Shown here: one piece after another, positions 11,879 through 24,252 of the stretch
Layout: every line of letters starts with the position of its first letter
Numbering within the stretch: the first letter of the stretch is position 1
NCBI RefSeq assembly: GCF_006345805.1
Contig: NC_042997.1
Span: 181,226,001-181,290,000, forward strand
Length of the DNA stretch: 64,000 nucleotides
Direction of reading: 5' to 3'
From: Octopus sinensis
Lineage: Eukaryota
The notes under the pieces: generated by a model
Seen by the model: only the letters and a program-made list of their open reading frames with translations
Database searches by the model: none
What the model was told of the DNA's origin: nothing
Program-made: the position numbers and the translations under genes

Positions 11879-13757
11879 GATTTCTTTTATTAGGCACAAG
11901 GCCTCTCATAAAGGTGGGGCAATACAAAGACAGACAAAACAATACAGTGGGGTACACAAAACATATAGCGGATGAAATTATGAATAAATGATAAATGAGA
12001 TGAAATGGCATACCTGCGAACCCCACCCAAGCAAGCAGTTCCATTTTACTGTTTATGTCTCACACAGTTCATTATTCATTTTTTTTCTCCATCATTTTTT
12101 GAAAAAGTCCTTATTTTAAAATTTCAAATATTTCACTTACTTTCCTTTATATTAGATATTCCACTATGTCATCAAATACCACCACCGGTGGAAAATCATT
12201 GAATCGAAACTGTAACAGTAATATAACTATAATTTCTCCCCGAATATTTCCTTCAATCTTTCACACATCTCTTTTACGAGCAAGATTTCATTAAAACCCT
12301 CATTGCACTCCCTGGGCGCCATCTTCACACTAATTACATTTTTCATTTCCGTGATCTTTTTTTTTTTTTCAGTTTCCACATTTTTTCTATACTGTATCAT
12401 AGTTCTTACTTGTTCACCCTTCAGTGTTACTTTCTGATTTCCATCACTAATCTCTTTTACTGTTGCTGGTGTTTCCATCTCTTTCTCCTCTGCTTGTCTA
12501 TCGCTCTATGTTGCTGTCATTTCTCTTCCCTCTTCCTTTTTTTCTTGTCCTTTTAATTTCTCCTCTGTGCTAGTTGCTGGTAACGCTCTCTGTTTTCTCT
12601 CTTCGTCTTCCTCGCTTAATTTTGCCGACATCTCGTTTCTTTCCTGCTCGTTCGCTTTTCCTCCTTTTGGTAACCCTTGTTTCTCCTCAGAACTTCATTT
12701 TCTTTTCTTCGTGGGACTCTTTGGTGGTGAGTCCGCGTTTTCTTGTCTTTTCTTCCTCTTCACCACTGTGTATCTTTCTTCCATATTTTCCACTGGCCTC
12801 TGCTCCTCTACGCCTTGCACTTCTACCTCTCCTTGCTGTTCCATCTCCGTCGCCTCCTCTTAGTGTTTCGTGTTTCTGGGGACACTTAGCTTTCATGTGT
12901 CCCTGTAATCACACTGAAAATATATAGGAGGTCTTCCCTCCACTACAACGAGCTTCGTCTCGTCCGGTAACACTAATTCCTCTGCAATTTTGTGGAGGTC
13001 TGGTAAACTGATGTGGACCGTCACCTCAAGGCCGTATCCCCAACTTTCTCCTCTTCTGTAATATAGATAATGGCTGCCACCAGCCAAGCCTATTCAATTT
13101 CTGGGAGCATTCTAGCAATCCTCACTCTGGTCGCACGTTTGCCACAGTATGTTGGTAGTAGTACCCACTCGGTTGATCTCAAAGGCACAGTGGAGTGTTT
13201 TATCGCTACTTTGTTCACTTGCGATACGTACCTCCACTGTGCCATATTTCTTTCCTCTGGTAAAATACGTAGTTAGGCTTTTGATTTCTTTCAAGCATTC
13301 TTCGACTGCCTCTACTGCAGCTATTTCAACTATTTTTGTAGCGATACACGGGGTTCTGTATATTACTGTCCTTTTTCTGCTTTTTTTCCATAATTTACTT
13401 GGGCGGCGCCAGCCTCAGGCTGTCTCCCTCCTTTTGTAACAATTCATTATATTTCTTAAAATTTGTATCGTTCAGTCGAATTTCTCTTGCAGAATATCAG
13501 CCGTTAGATTATTTCCAGTTACTGCAGCGTAACTGCCTGCTAGAACAGATTGACTTTCCATAATGTTGTTATTCACAACTTCACCCATAAATGGGGGAAA
13601 AAAAATAAAGACTCACATGTAACAATAAATTTAACAATTCAGTAATACAACAATTAGGTGCAGTAGACCTTCAACAATTGAAACAACAAGACTCACATGA
13701 AGCGAACACGCATCAAATGCAACAGGAAATCAAATTACTCGACTACAACACCTACGT
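11879..13757 (-). mobile_element. ORF1-only non-autonomous Tx1/L1-related element ('half-LINE')
   Basis: About 200-bp 5' UTR, decayed gag-like ORF1, about 350-bp 3' UTR ending AGGC-CTTGT-GCCT-AATAAAAGAAAT; no endonuclease or RT sequence seen; possible TSD ACGT(C/T)TT at 11872 and 13754. Confidence 0.75.
12227..13561 (-). pseudogene. Decayed gag-like ORF1 with CCHC zinc-knuckle remnant
   Basis: Starts MESQSVLAGSYAAVT; contains LVVVEGRPPI(Y)FQCDYR(G)HMKAKC, i.e. CX2CX4HX4C after one substitution and one frameshift; collinear with ORF1 at 28073-30174. Confidence 0.8.
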
Positions 13758-14070
13758 TTTCTCAACGATTAGCCAGAGATGCTTTTTAAAATGAGAATAT
13801 CTGAAATATACTCGACTGCTCTCACAAACAAGAATATTCAAAATGAACCCGATCGCTCTCAAACATTAAATAAAATTACAGAAAAAATAATCCAGAATTA
13901 TTGTCCAGTACTGGATCGATCCCAAAATCTAATCAGTTCGTGGTAGTCACCACATCCTTGAAAGTTTCATCCGAATCCATCCAGCGGTTCTTGACATATC
14001 TTGTTCACTGACAAACAAACAAGCAGACAAGACTGAAAACAACACCTCCTTAGCGAAGGGGAGGTAATAA

Positions 14071-14665
14071 GGCAGCAAGCTAGCGGGCTCGTTACCTTAC
14101 TGGAATAAATACTTAGCGGTATTTCGTCTGCCGTTACGTTCTGAGTTCAAATTCCGCCGAGGTCGACTTTGCCTTTCATCCTTTCGGGGTCGATAAATTA
14201 AGTACCAGTTACGCACTGGGGTCGATGTAATCGACTTAATTCGTGTGTCTGTCCTTGTTTGTCCCCTCCGTGTTTAGCCCCTTGTGGGTAATAAAGAAAT
14301 AGGTATTTCATCTGTCTTAACGTTCTGAGTTCAAATTCCGCCGAGGTTGACTTTGCCTTTCATCCGTTCAGGGTCGATAAAATAATTACCAGTTAAGTAC
14401 TAAAGTTGATGCAATCGATTAACCTTCCCCTGAAACTGCTGACTTAGTGCCAAAATTTGAACCAATATGAATTCTAAATGAAAAATATGTACATAATATT
14501 AAATTTACCATTATTTCGTCTGTCTTTACGTTCTGAGATCAAATTCCGCCGTGGTCGACTTTTCCTTTCATCCGTTTGGGGTCGATAAATTAAGTACCAG
14601 TTGCGCAATCGATCTAATCGACTGGCCCCCTCCGCAAAAATGTCGGGCCTTGTACCTAGGGTAAA
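14071..14665 (+). mobile_element. SINE family C cluster (head plus about 3 units, mixed tails)
   Basis: B-box GAGTTCAAATTCC; conserved block GCCTTTCATCCTTTCGGGGTCGATAAA; first unit ends GCCC-CTTGT-GGGT-AATAAAGAAATAG. Confidence 0.85.
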
Positions 14666-15145
14666 AAAGAATATTAAATTTGCCATAATATTAAAGTTAT
14701 GTGAGTTGATTACAGGCTTTCTGCGAGTCAATTGTCGAGTATATTTCAGATATTCTCATTTTAAAAAGCATCTCTGGCTAATCGTAGGTGTTGTAGTCGA
14801 GTAATTTGATTTCCTGTTGCATTTGATGCGTGTTCGCTTCATGTGAGTCTTGTTGTTTTAATTGTTGAAGGTCTACTGCACATTTAAGATAGCTACAGCA
14901 ACAAAGAAGAGTATACTATTTTACTCTTTTACTGTTTCAGTCATTTTGACTGCGGCCATACTGGAGCACCGCCTTCAGACGAGCAAATCGACAACGGGAC
15001 TTATTCTTTGTAAGCCTAGTACTTATTCTATCGGTCTCTTTTGCCGAACCACTAAGTTACGGGGACGTAAACACGCCACCATCGGTTGCCAAGCGATGTT
15101 GGGGGGGACAAGCACAGAAACACAAACACACACACATATATATTT

Positions 15146-15184
<39 letters not shown>

Positions 15185-15267
15185 GGTCCCGGGTTGATTC
15201 GGGGTTAACCACAGTAAATAAGGTACTCAATACATAGCAGAGTAAAATTAATTTATTATATAGAAGG

Positions 15268-15318
15268 AGCTTCTACAGGACTAGAACTGTTTCATTCAAG
15301 AGAAATCATCAGGAAGCT
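15268..15318 (-). ncRNA. Type I hammerhead ribozyme, complete
   Basis: Exact reverse complement of 16177-16227. Confidence 0.8.
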
Positions 15319-16176
15319 AGTTAACAAGAATTGTATGGGCATTTATACATTTAGGCAGGTTTAAAGGGGTGGTGGTGGGGGACTTTTTGGGGGTAGGCAT
15401 GGCGCAAAAATATCATACTTGGGGGAGTGGTCAAGGAGTCAGTGGTAAATTAGATAAAAGAATAAATAAAAGAATAAAAAATATATAGAAGAATAGAGTT
15501 TTAGGTAAATAAGGAGATTCTCACTTATACATATACACATATGTATATATATACACACACACACACATATACATACACACATACATACACACACACATAT
15601 ATATATACATATATATATACATACATATATATATACATATATATATATACATATATATATATACATATATATGCACACACATATACACACACACATGTAT
15701 ATATACACACACGACCACACATACACATACACACAAAAAAATTTTAAAATATATACATACACACACATACACATACACACATACACACACATATCCACAT
15801 ACACACATGCACACACAAGTCCCTATATACACATATATAGATATATATATATTATATATATATGTATGTAATATATATATATATATGTATATATGTGTAT
15901 ATAGGGACTTGTGTGTGCATGTGTGTATGTGGATATGTGTGTGTATGTGTGTATGTGTATGTGTGTGTATGTATATTTACCTAATTTACCTAAAACTCTA
16001 TTCTTCTATATATTTTTTTATTCTTTTATTTATTCTTTTATCTAATTTACCACTGACTCCTTGACCACTCCCCCAAGTATGATATTTTTGCGCTATGCCT
16101 ACCCCCAAAAAGTCCACCGCCACCACCCCTTTAAACCTGCCTAAATGTATAAATGCCAATACAATTCTTGTTAACT

Positions 16177-16227
16177 AGCTTCCTGATGATTTCTCTTGAA
16201 TGAAACAGTTCTAGTCCTGTAGAAGCT
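16177..16227 (+). ncRNA. Type I hammerhead ribozyme, complete
   Basis: AGCTTC-CTGATGA-TTTC-TCTT-GAAT-GAAA-CAG-TTCTAGTC-CTG-TA-GAAGCT: 6-bp stem I, stem II with a U.U closing pair, 4-bp stem III, GUA cleavage after A16221. Confidence 0.8.
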
Positions 16228-16697
16228 CCTTCTATATAATAAATATATATATATATATATATATGACGGATTTCTTTCAGTTTCCGTCTACCGAATCCAC
16301 TCACAAGGCTATAGTAGAAGACACTTGCCCAAGGTGCCACGCAGTGGGACCGAACCCGGAACCATGTGGTTGTTAAGCAAGCTATTACCACACAGCCACT
16401 CTTGTGCACTCTCGTGCAACTCGTATGAAAGAATTACCATGGTATACTTTTGATTACCATGGTAAATTTTTGATTCAAAGAACTAGTTAATTAGAGTCCA
16501 AATCCCTGGTTGACTATAAGACTCTATTGTTTGAAATGATCCAACGGTTAATGTTAACTGCCATCACAATTTATCAATTATCCAGAACAACGTACATTAC
16601 CGCCTACACAAGAAAAATAAATACATACACACGTTTTGTCATTAACTCACACATGCATGCTCTCTCTCTCTCTCTCTCGCTCTCTCTCTCCCCACAC

Positions 16698-16736
<39 letters not shown>

Positions 16737-16753
16737 ACACACACACACCACAC

Positions 16754-16785
<32 letters not shown>

Positions 16786-16887
16786 ACACACGAACAGTCA
16801 CACTCACTCTAAAAGTGAATATCATTAGAAACGGATACCGCAAGAAGAAATATATAACACCTATACATGCATACATACGTACATACA

Positions 16888-16920
<33 letters not shown>

Positions 16921-17576
16921 GTGTGTGTGTGTGAGAGAAGAGAGAGAGAGAGAGAGAGAGAGTGTGTGTTGGGGGTATGTTAAGAATGATGAAGGGAAGG
17001 AAGAAGAAAGAGAGACAGAGAAGAAAATTTTAAGTCACTATAAACTTGCATTCATGAAATATAAACATCGAAACAAAATTACGGAAAGCGAGGCATTATA
17101 TATACACTTCCGAGCAGTTAATTCTAAATTTCTTCTCGTGTTTAATAACGAACGTAAATGCCCTCTGTCGCTGAAAATGAGAAAACAAAATGTATAAAAA
17201 ACATTTAAAACAAAAATAACAAACTAACAGTATTAATACAGCGTGACAAAATAAGTACGAGAAATGTGCAACACTTTTATTGATGGAGAGTCTCTGTTGC
17301 AACAAATCACGGAAAATCAATGAAAAATAAGTTTCGTAAAAATGTTCGCCATTTATGAGGCCCTGACTATTTCAAGCATAAAATTAGACTGGGCGCGCTA
17401 CTACAGATTATCACTTTTTTTTCAATATTCAGTGGCTTCACCTTAATAAAAAAAAAAAAAGTACTCCCCAGTCTGAATGAAAGCACATTTCAACTTTGCT
17501 GAAGGTTCCAGTGGAAAAAAAATCTTCATTCTCAGCAAGCCTTTGTGTGTATGTGTGTGTAAATATATGTATGCAT

Positions 17577-18174
17577 ATTTCTTTACTACCCACAAGGGGC
17601 TAAACACAGAGAGGACAAACAAGGACAGACAAACGGATTAAGTCGATTATATCGACCCCAGTGCGTAACTGGTACTTAATTTATCGACCCCGAAAGGATG
17701 AAAGGCAAAGTCGACCTCGGCGGAATTTGAACTCAGAACGTAGCAGCAGACGAAATACCTATTTCTTTACTACCCACAAGGGGCTAAACACAGAGAGGAA
17801 AAACAAGAACAGACAAAGGGATTAAGTCGATTATATCGACCCCAGCGCGTAAACGGTACTTAATTTATCGACCCTGAAAGGATGAAAGGCAAAGTCGACC
17901 TCGGCGAAATTTGAACTCAGAACGTAGCAGCAGACGAAATACCTATTTCTTTACTACCCACAAGGGGCTAAACACAGAGAGGACAAACAAGGAAAGACAA
18001 AGGGATTAAGTCGATTATATCGACCACAGCGCGTAAATGGTACTTAATTTATCGACCCCGAAAAGATGAAAAGCAAAGTCGACCTCAGCGGAATTTGAAC
18101 TCAGAACGTAACGGCAGACGAAATACGGCTACGCATTTCGCCCGGCGTGCTAACGTTTCTGCCAGCTCGCCGCC
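17577..18174 (-). mobile_element. SINE family C tandem array: one head and 3 x 184 bp
   Basis: Units begin at 17577, 17761 and 17945; single tRNA-like head at 18127-18174. Confidence 0.9.
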
Positions 18175-18711
18175 TTCAAATACATACATAATATATGCAT
18201 GCGTATAGGTTGATACGTAGTTATAGATATGTAGATATAAACATTCACGCAAGTTCACTTTGATGTAGAAATAAACAGAGGATCTGTCGAGGAAGTCATC
18301 AGTAATACGATCGTATCGTATTCAGGAAAGATGGTATTTTTCGTTGCCTTGTTCATTCTATAATATTGGTAGCAAATCAATTCATGGGTTTCATGATCTC
18401 TTTCACATCTCGACGATACGGTGAAAAAGCTGTTTGTTATCTTATATGCATTTTTTTCTCTAATTAAACATTTTTAAGAGGAAACCTATGCTCGTAAAAT
18501 TGTAATTGCATTTCCCAGGGAAGTTGCTATTTTATTTTTGATACAAATAAAATTACGCAATTTCTGTATTGATGATATAAAAACCAGCGTACGCTTTTTA
18601 GTGTAATCAGTAAACTCACGTCGCCCAGCAACTGATTTAAAGACTGCAAGGCAACACCGAATAACTCCAGTTCATTTATTCAAAAAATATTTGATGTGTG
18701 TGCACACACAT

Positions 18712-18714
<3 letters not shown>

Positions 18715-18801
<87 letters not shown>

Positions 18802-18821
18802 TATGTAACATATATATATGT

Positions 18822-18852
<31 letters not shown>

Positions 18853-19069
18853 TGTATGTATATATGTATATATGCATTTATATATTCATATATATGCGTG
18901 TGTATGTATGCGTATATATATGTAATTTATATTATATATGTATGTATGTATATATGTATATATGCATTTATATATTCATATATATGCGTGTGTATGTATG
19001 CGTATATGTACGTATGTATGCGTATATATATGTAATTTATATTTATATATGTATATATATATATATATA

Positions 19070-19112
<43 letters not shown>
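18715..19112. repeat. (TA)n/(TATG)/(GT)n compound microsatellite with an internal tandem duplication
   Basis: Directly visible. Confidence 0.9.
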
Positions 19113-19117
<5 letters not shown>

Positions 19118-20289
19118 CATTACGGTGGTTTGTTACATGTGCATTTTCGTGGTTTATCTCTTTTTCTGTGGAATCTAGTTTACAAATCAATAAAATGAAA
19201 TAATAAAGCGACACAATACTGCTTCATAAAATGCCAGTAACCAATCAAGAAAAGGTTTAAGTTCATTTCGTGACCTTACAGCTAAATGTGAACTTTAGAA
19301 AAGAAAAAAAGAAAAAGTTCGTACTTGTTTCATTTTTTTTTTCTTCAGATTTTGTTTTTGTACTGAGAAATATTTCCTTGTCCTATTTGTCATTTGTGAA
19401 GCTAAAAAAAAATTGTTTTCTCTAAGGTTTGTGATTTTCAACGACTTGAATGATTCCAACTTAACAATCTTAACAATCATAAATCTTATTCTCGGTTAAT
19501 TTTCTTGTTGGTATTGTTATTTTTGTGTCGTTTCCTTTTATCAAATCTATTTTTCTTTTTAGGTAAATTTCATTATGATTTGAAAATAACATAAGAATAA
19601 TTTGATTGTAGAACGGAGGCTAAATTCCGCTGACTTTTCGAACGTTTGGTTTTTTTCTTCTTCATTCTTTATTAATATCTCTAACCAAGAAAGAAAAGTG
19701 ATTTAAAATGAAGAAAGCAGTTCAACAGGAACATATAAACGAACTATTTCAAGAAGGACATTTACTACGTTTATAATCATTAAAATTCTTGTGATTAACA
19801 AAAAGGAAACACCTCCATATTTCTTCCTAGTATGAGATGCAATAAAAGGTATATATGCAAATGTATAATGTATACACTACATTGTGTAAGTGTACGATTC
19901 TCATTGTGGACAAACCACCACCAATGATTATCAATCACATCCCCTTCAAACTTAAATAAAAAACGGTTATATTCCACAATGTAATCCATGATATACAAAG
20001 AGATAAGCTTGGTCATAGCCTGATCTGTGGCTAAACAACAAAAAGTGTATAGTAATTTACAACGCATCATAGGTAACCAAATGGTTTGGGTAATGAGCGA
20101 CCAGCTGAGACGTTAGTAGTTCGAATCTTTAGGGACACAGACAGTTGATTCTTAAATGCCTGTCAGCGCAGCTGGGAATAGGTAACACTGGGTACAAAGA
20201 AACATCACTTCGACTCGGAAAAGCCTTATAAAATTGAAAAGTAGTTTGTTAACCACTTTTCAATTTTTTCAAGACTCACTTCAACTCTT

Positions 20290-20739
20290 CACATACCGCA
20301 CTTTTTTCCCAAAATTTAAAGGCCAAAATCCCTAGTGCGTACTATATACGAGGTTAAAAATGAAAATTATTTTCTAAGCAATGTCCGAGGCTCTATTTGC
20401 TGTCCGGCAATATTTATTCAGACGCATTTTGTGATGTCGGGCGCGAAAATACCTTAAATCATCCATAACTTGCAGTTAGCAGCATTTATTAAACGTTTTT
20501 ACTGTTATTTTTTTATTTTCTGCAAACAAAATGCACAAAAAAGCTACACGTTTGCATTATGTTATATATACAATAATAATGAAGGACGTTACCGTTTACA
20601 GTTTTACAAACCGAGGACGTTATATAGACTTCCTTGACTCAAATTAGAGAAGGGGTGCATATTATACACAAGGTTTAGGTTTTTCAGAGGTACAGCCCCC
20701 TAAATATTCCCTGCGTATTATACTCGAGGATTTACGGTA
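20290..20739. mobile_element. Partial pogo/Tigger-like MITE
   Basis: Right end GCGTATTATACTCGAGGATTTACGG-TA and internal subrepeats TGCGTA(C/T)TATA; left TIR not found. Confidence 0.4.
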
Positions 20740-21302
20740 CATAGGAATTTTAAAGGTCCTAGGATTCAAGTCGTGATCGTCTCGTCTTTATAAAAAAGAA
20801 TTACAAGTTGATACTCAAATGAAAAAAGGAAACTGTAGATTCTGAATATACATAATTAAAAGTAAAACGGAAACAGATTGGAAACTAACCAAGTGTAACT
20901 TAGCTTCCAAGAAAGCTTAGCTTCTGAGAAACTCCCCTTTTAGACTTTAAATTGTCGTCTTGTGGCTTTTCAATTTTGTGGGTGTCCCAGGAAGTTCAAA
21001 TGATCAGGGGTTTAACATTAACTCCAATCAAAAATGCATACAAAAGGCCGACACAAATATGTTTTAGTATTTCCGCGGTACGATTATGAGCTTCATTCTC
21101 AGAGATTCGGTGAAGAAGAAGGATTATGAATTTCAATCAATACATTTAGAAATTTCGATATCCTCGGATTGTCGTTTTATTACAGTGTTTGATCAGCGGT
21201 CCTACAGTTTTCTAAGCCCTCTAAAAGAACTCCGAAGTTTGAGCGTCAAACCAGGGTTTTCATAATACTTTAAAGCCAGAAACTTTTCAGCACTCCCTTG
21301 TG

Positions 21303-21359
<57 letters not shown>

Positions 21360-21454
21360 ATATATTCTCCTAAGTCATGAAACTTGTCGAATCGATGTTA
21401 TCTATAAATATTCTTGTAAGAAAATAATCCTTTCTACTAAAGGCACAACCCCAG

Positions 21455-21590
21455 TGTTTCACAGATACTTAATTTATCGACCCCGAAAGGATGAAAGGTA
21501 AAGCCGACCGCAGTGGAATTTGATCTCAGAACATACAGGCAGATGAAACGCCGCTAAGCCCGTTGCGCTAACGATTCTGCCAGCTCGTCA
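21455..21590 (-). mobile_element. SINE family C fragment
   Basis: TACTTAATTTATCGACCCCGAAAGGATGAAAGG block and head remnant. Confidence 0.75.
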
Positions 21591-21699
21591 TCTTAAAATA
21601 ATACCTTACTACAACCTCTAGCGTACTCATATATACAAAGAATCTTGATAAGTCATAATAAAACCTTCAACCAACAGAAATTGTAACTTCTGTACACTC

Positions 21700-21869
21700 T
21701 TTACTCTTTTACTTGTTTCAGTCGTTTGACTGCGGCTATGCAAATCAACCCCCAGGACTTAATCCTTGTAAGCCTAGTACTTATTCTATCGGTTTCTTTT
21801 GCCGAACCGCTAAGTTACGGGGATGCAAACAAACCAGCATCGGTTGTCAAGGGGGAACAAACAGACACA

Positions 21870-21928
<59 letters not shown>

Positions 21929-22928
21929 TGACTGATGACTGAGGGCTTCGAATGTCCCGTCCTGTGGTTCTTGTGTCGTGTCCTTGGTGTTTCATGTTCT
22001 TGTCCATGTTTGTATTTATTTTTTACTGTTTACATATATAATGGCGGCTTCGTATCCACAATTCTGTCCTTATACGTTAAGTATTTTTTCTCTGGCATTC
22101 TCCCTTATTCCCCTTCTTTCTTTCTTTCTCTCTCCATCCGTCCCCCCCTCCTACGTTTCTCTATCTCTCTTACCTCCACTCCCCTCGATCTGTCTCTTTC
22201 TTCTCCTCCCTCGTCCACCTTCTCTCTCTCTCTCTTCATCTGTCCCTTTCTCCTGTCTTTTGTCCTCACGTGACCGCTAGCCACTGCTGGGCGCCCTTTT
22301 CGTTCCAGCAGTCGTCGAAGCAACACGTTTTTGTTCGTCTCCCGCGGCCATAAGGCACAACTCTATAAGCCAGCCCCAACTCAACTCGTCCTGTCGAAAG
22401 ACCCTTGTCCTACGTCCTGGTTTTGTTTTGATTTTTATCCTTACCGTTATTGTTTTTACGCTTTTGTATTCTTATTCGTGCTTTCCTTATTGTTGTCGCG
22501 TATTCTGTATTTTTATTCGTGTACATCGTTCGTTTTCCGTCCTTGTGTTGTATACATTCGAAGCTTTCTTCCAAGGGATCTAATGCGCTTGGCTTAGATT
22601 TCCTTTGGGGGCTGCCCAGATCGGAGCAATCTCAAGATTAATCAGCCGAAATTGCGAAGATGATCTGGTTCTTGACTGATGACTGAGGGCTTCGAATGTC
22701 CCGTCCTGTGGTTCTTGTGTCGTCTCCTTGGTGTTTCACGTTCTTGTCCATGTTTTTATTTATTTTTTACTGTTTACATATATATATACGACGGGTTTCT
22801 TTCAGTTTCCGTCTACCAAATCCACTCATGCTATAGTAGAAGACACTTGCCCAAGGTGCCATACAGTGGAACTGAACCCGGAACCATGTGGCTGGTAAGC
22901 AAGATACTTACCACACAGCCACTCCTGT
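21700..22928 (-). mobile_element. SINE family B split at its internal microsatellite (21700-21905 and 22785-22928)
   Basis: Halves match the intact copies; an 857-bp direct-repeat-bounded element lies between them. Confidence 0.85.
21928..22784. mobile_element. Unclassified non-coding element bounded by 113-bp direct repeats
   Basis: Repeats 21928-22040 and 22672-22784 differ at about 3 positions; period 744 bp; CT-rich interior and a predicted multi-stem region. Confidence 0.8.
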
Positions 22929-23637
22929 GCCTGGATATATTTACTATATACAATCCATATACAATTTTTCTGCTAACATCCAACATTAATGAATATGTGT
23001 ATCTACATAATTACACGTGCCGGGCCAAACAATAGCTAACTTTCTTTATTAAATCAGAAAAAGAAACGGTCTCCACTATATCCGCCCACGCCATACAAAC
23101 GTATACTCTCCACATTCCTTTTCCATCTCATCTTCTAATAAAACCGATTCTTTTTTCTGCCTACAAACCTCACATTTCTTGTATATATTCAATTTTTTCG
23201 GACTTCTTATATGCATCCAATTCTTTCCTAAGTACTCTCCATGAAGAAATGTGTTCTGCTATATCGAAAGATTACTATTATGTAATCCTTCGAACGTTAT
23301 TTTCTTATATTTTCATTCTTTAGGTTTTTTTTTTTGTAAAGTTATTGAGTCACAGAAATTGTGATGGATTTCGTGATTTTCCAGTCTCTCTCGTATCTAT
23401 ACTGTTTCCTTCTTAGTCCTGGTTCTATACAAGTCTTTCTGAATAATCTCCTGAACACTGTCAGAAATAATTCACCTTCGGAACCGGTACTATGATGGTT
23501 GCAGATAATCACGGTGATGAGCCAACACAAAAAAAGATAGAATGAGTGAAAGAGTTTTAACAAAGGTATTTTTAATACAGCGCGTAAAAGGGAAAGGAAA
23601 CAATCACTGACGTTTCGCACTATATATATATATAAGA

Positions 23638-23679
<42 letters not shown>

Positions 23680-23681
<2 letters not shown>

Positions 23682-23960
23682 AGGCGCAATGGCCTAGTGG
23701 TTAGGGCAGTGGACTCGCGGTTGTAGGATCGCGGTTTCGATTGTGAGTATTTATTGAGCGAAAACACCTAAAGTTCCACGAGGCTCCGACAGGGGGGTGG
23801 TGATCCCTGCTGTACTCTTTCGCCACAACTTTCACTCTTTCTTCTGTTGGCCGGCTCGCTTAGCCAGCAGGGTGGCGTCATTTGAAGGCTAAAACAAGGT
23901 GAAGCGCATTGTGACCAGCGATGTATAGCAACATCTGATAGCCTGGTCAGTCACAGTGAT
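23680..23960 (+). mobile_element. SINE family A, tail variant 2
   Basis: A-box TGGCCTAGTGG, B-box GGTTTCGATT; tail shared with 9521-9642. Confidence 0.85.
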
Positions 23961-24195
23961 ATATATATATATTATTATTATTATTATTATTCTTTTGACT
24001 GTGGCCATGCTGGAGCCCTGCTTTTAGTCGAACAAATCGACCCCAGGACTTATTCTTTGTAAACCTAGTACTTATTCTATCGGTCTCTTTTGCCGAACCT
24101 CTAAGTTACGGGGACGTAAACACACCAACATCGGTTGTCAAGTGATGGTGGGGGAACAAACGCAAACACACAAACATAGATAGATAGATAGATAG

Positions 24196-24252
<57 letters not shown>

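Larger units (their letters stand above)
11827..14067 (+). mobile_element. Helentron-type non-autonomous element split by the half-LINE insertion
   Basis: 5' piece AACAAGTGCACTCAGAGAGCGGAACCCTCCGCCAAGG (11827-11876). The 3' piece (13758-14067) ends in hairpin ACCTCC...GGAGGT containing CCTTAGCGAAGG, an imperfect inverted copy of CCTCCGCCAAGG. Family recognised from memory. Confidence 0.65.
15251..16244. mobile_element. Penelope-like inverted terminal repeat pair (arms 15251-15510 and 15984-16244)
   Basis: About 260-bp near-identical inverted arms, each with an intact hammerhead; the microsatellite spacer has its own 88-bp-arm inverted repeat (15752-15839 / 15888-15975). No ORF seen, so the Penelope call is inferred from the ribozyme and the architecture. 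Confidence 0.75.
14917..16395 (-). mobile_element. SINE family B split at its internal microsatellite (14917-15180 and 16262-16395)
   Basis: Both halves match the intact copies; about 1.06 kb of Penelope-like inverted structure lies between them. Confidence 0.85.
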
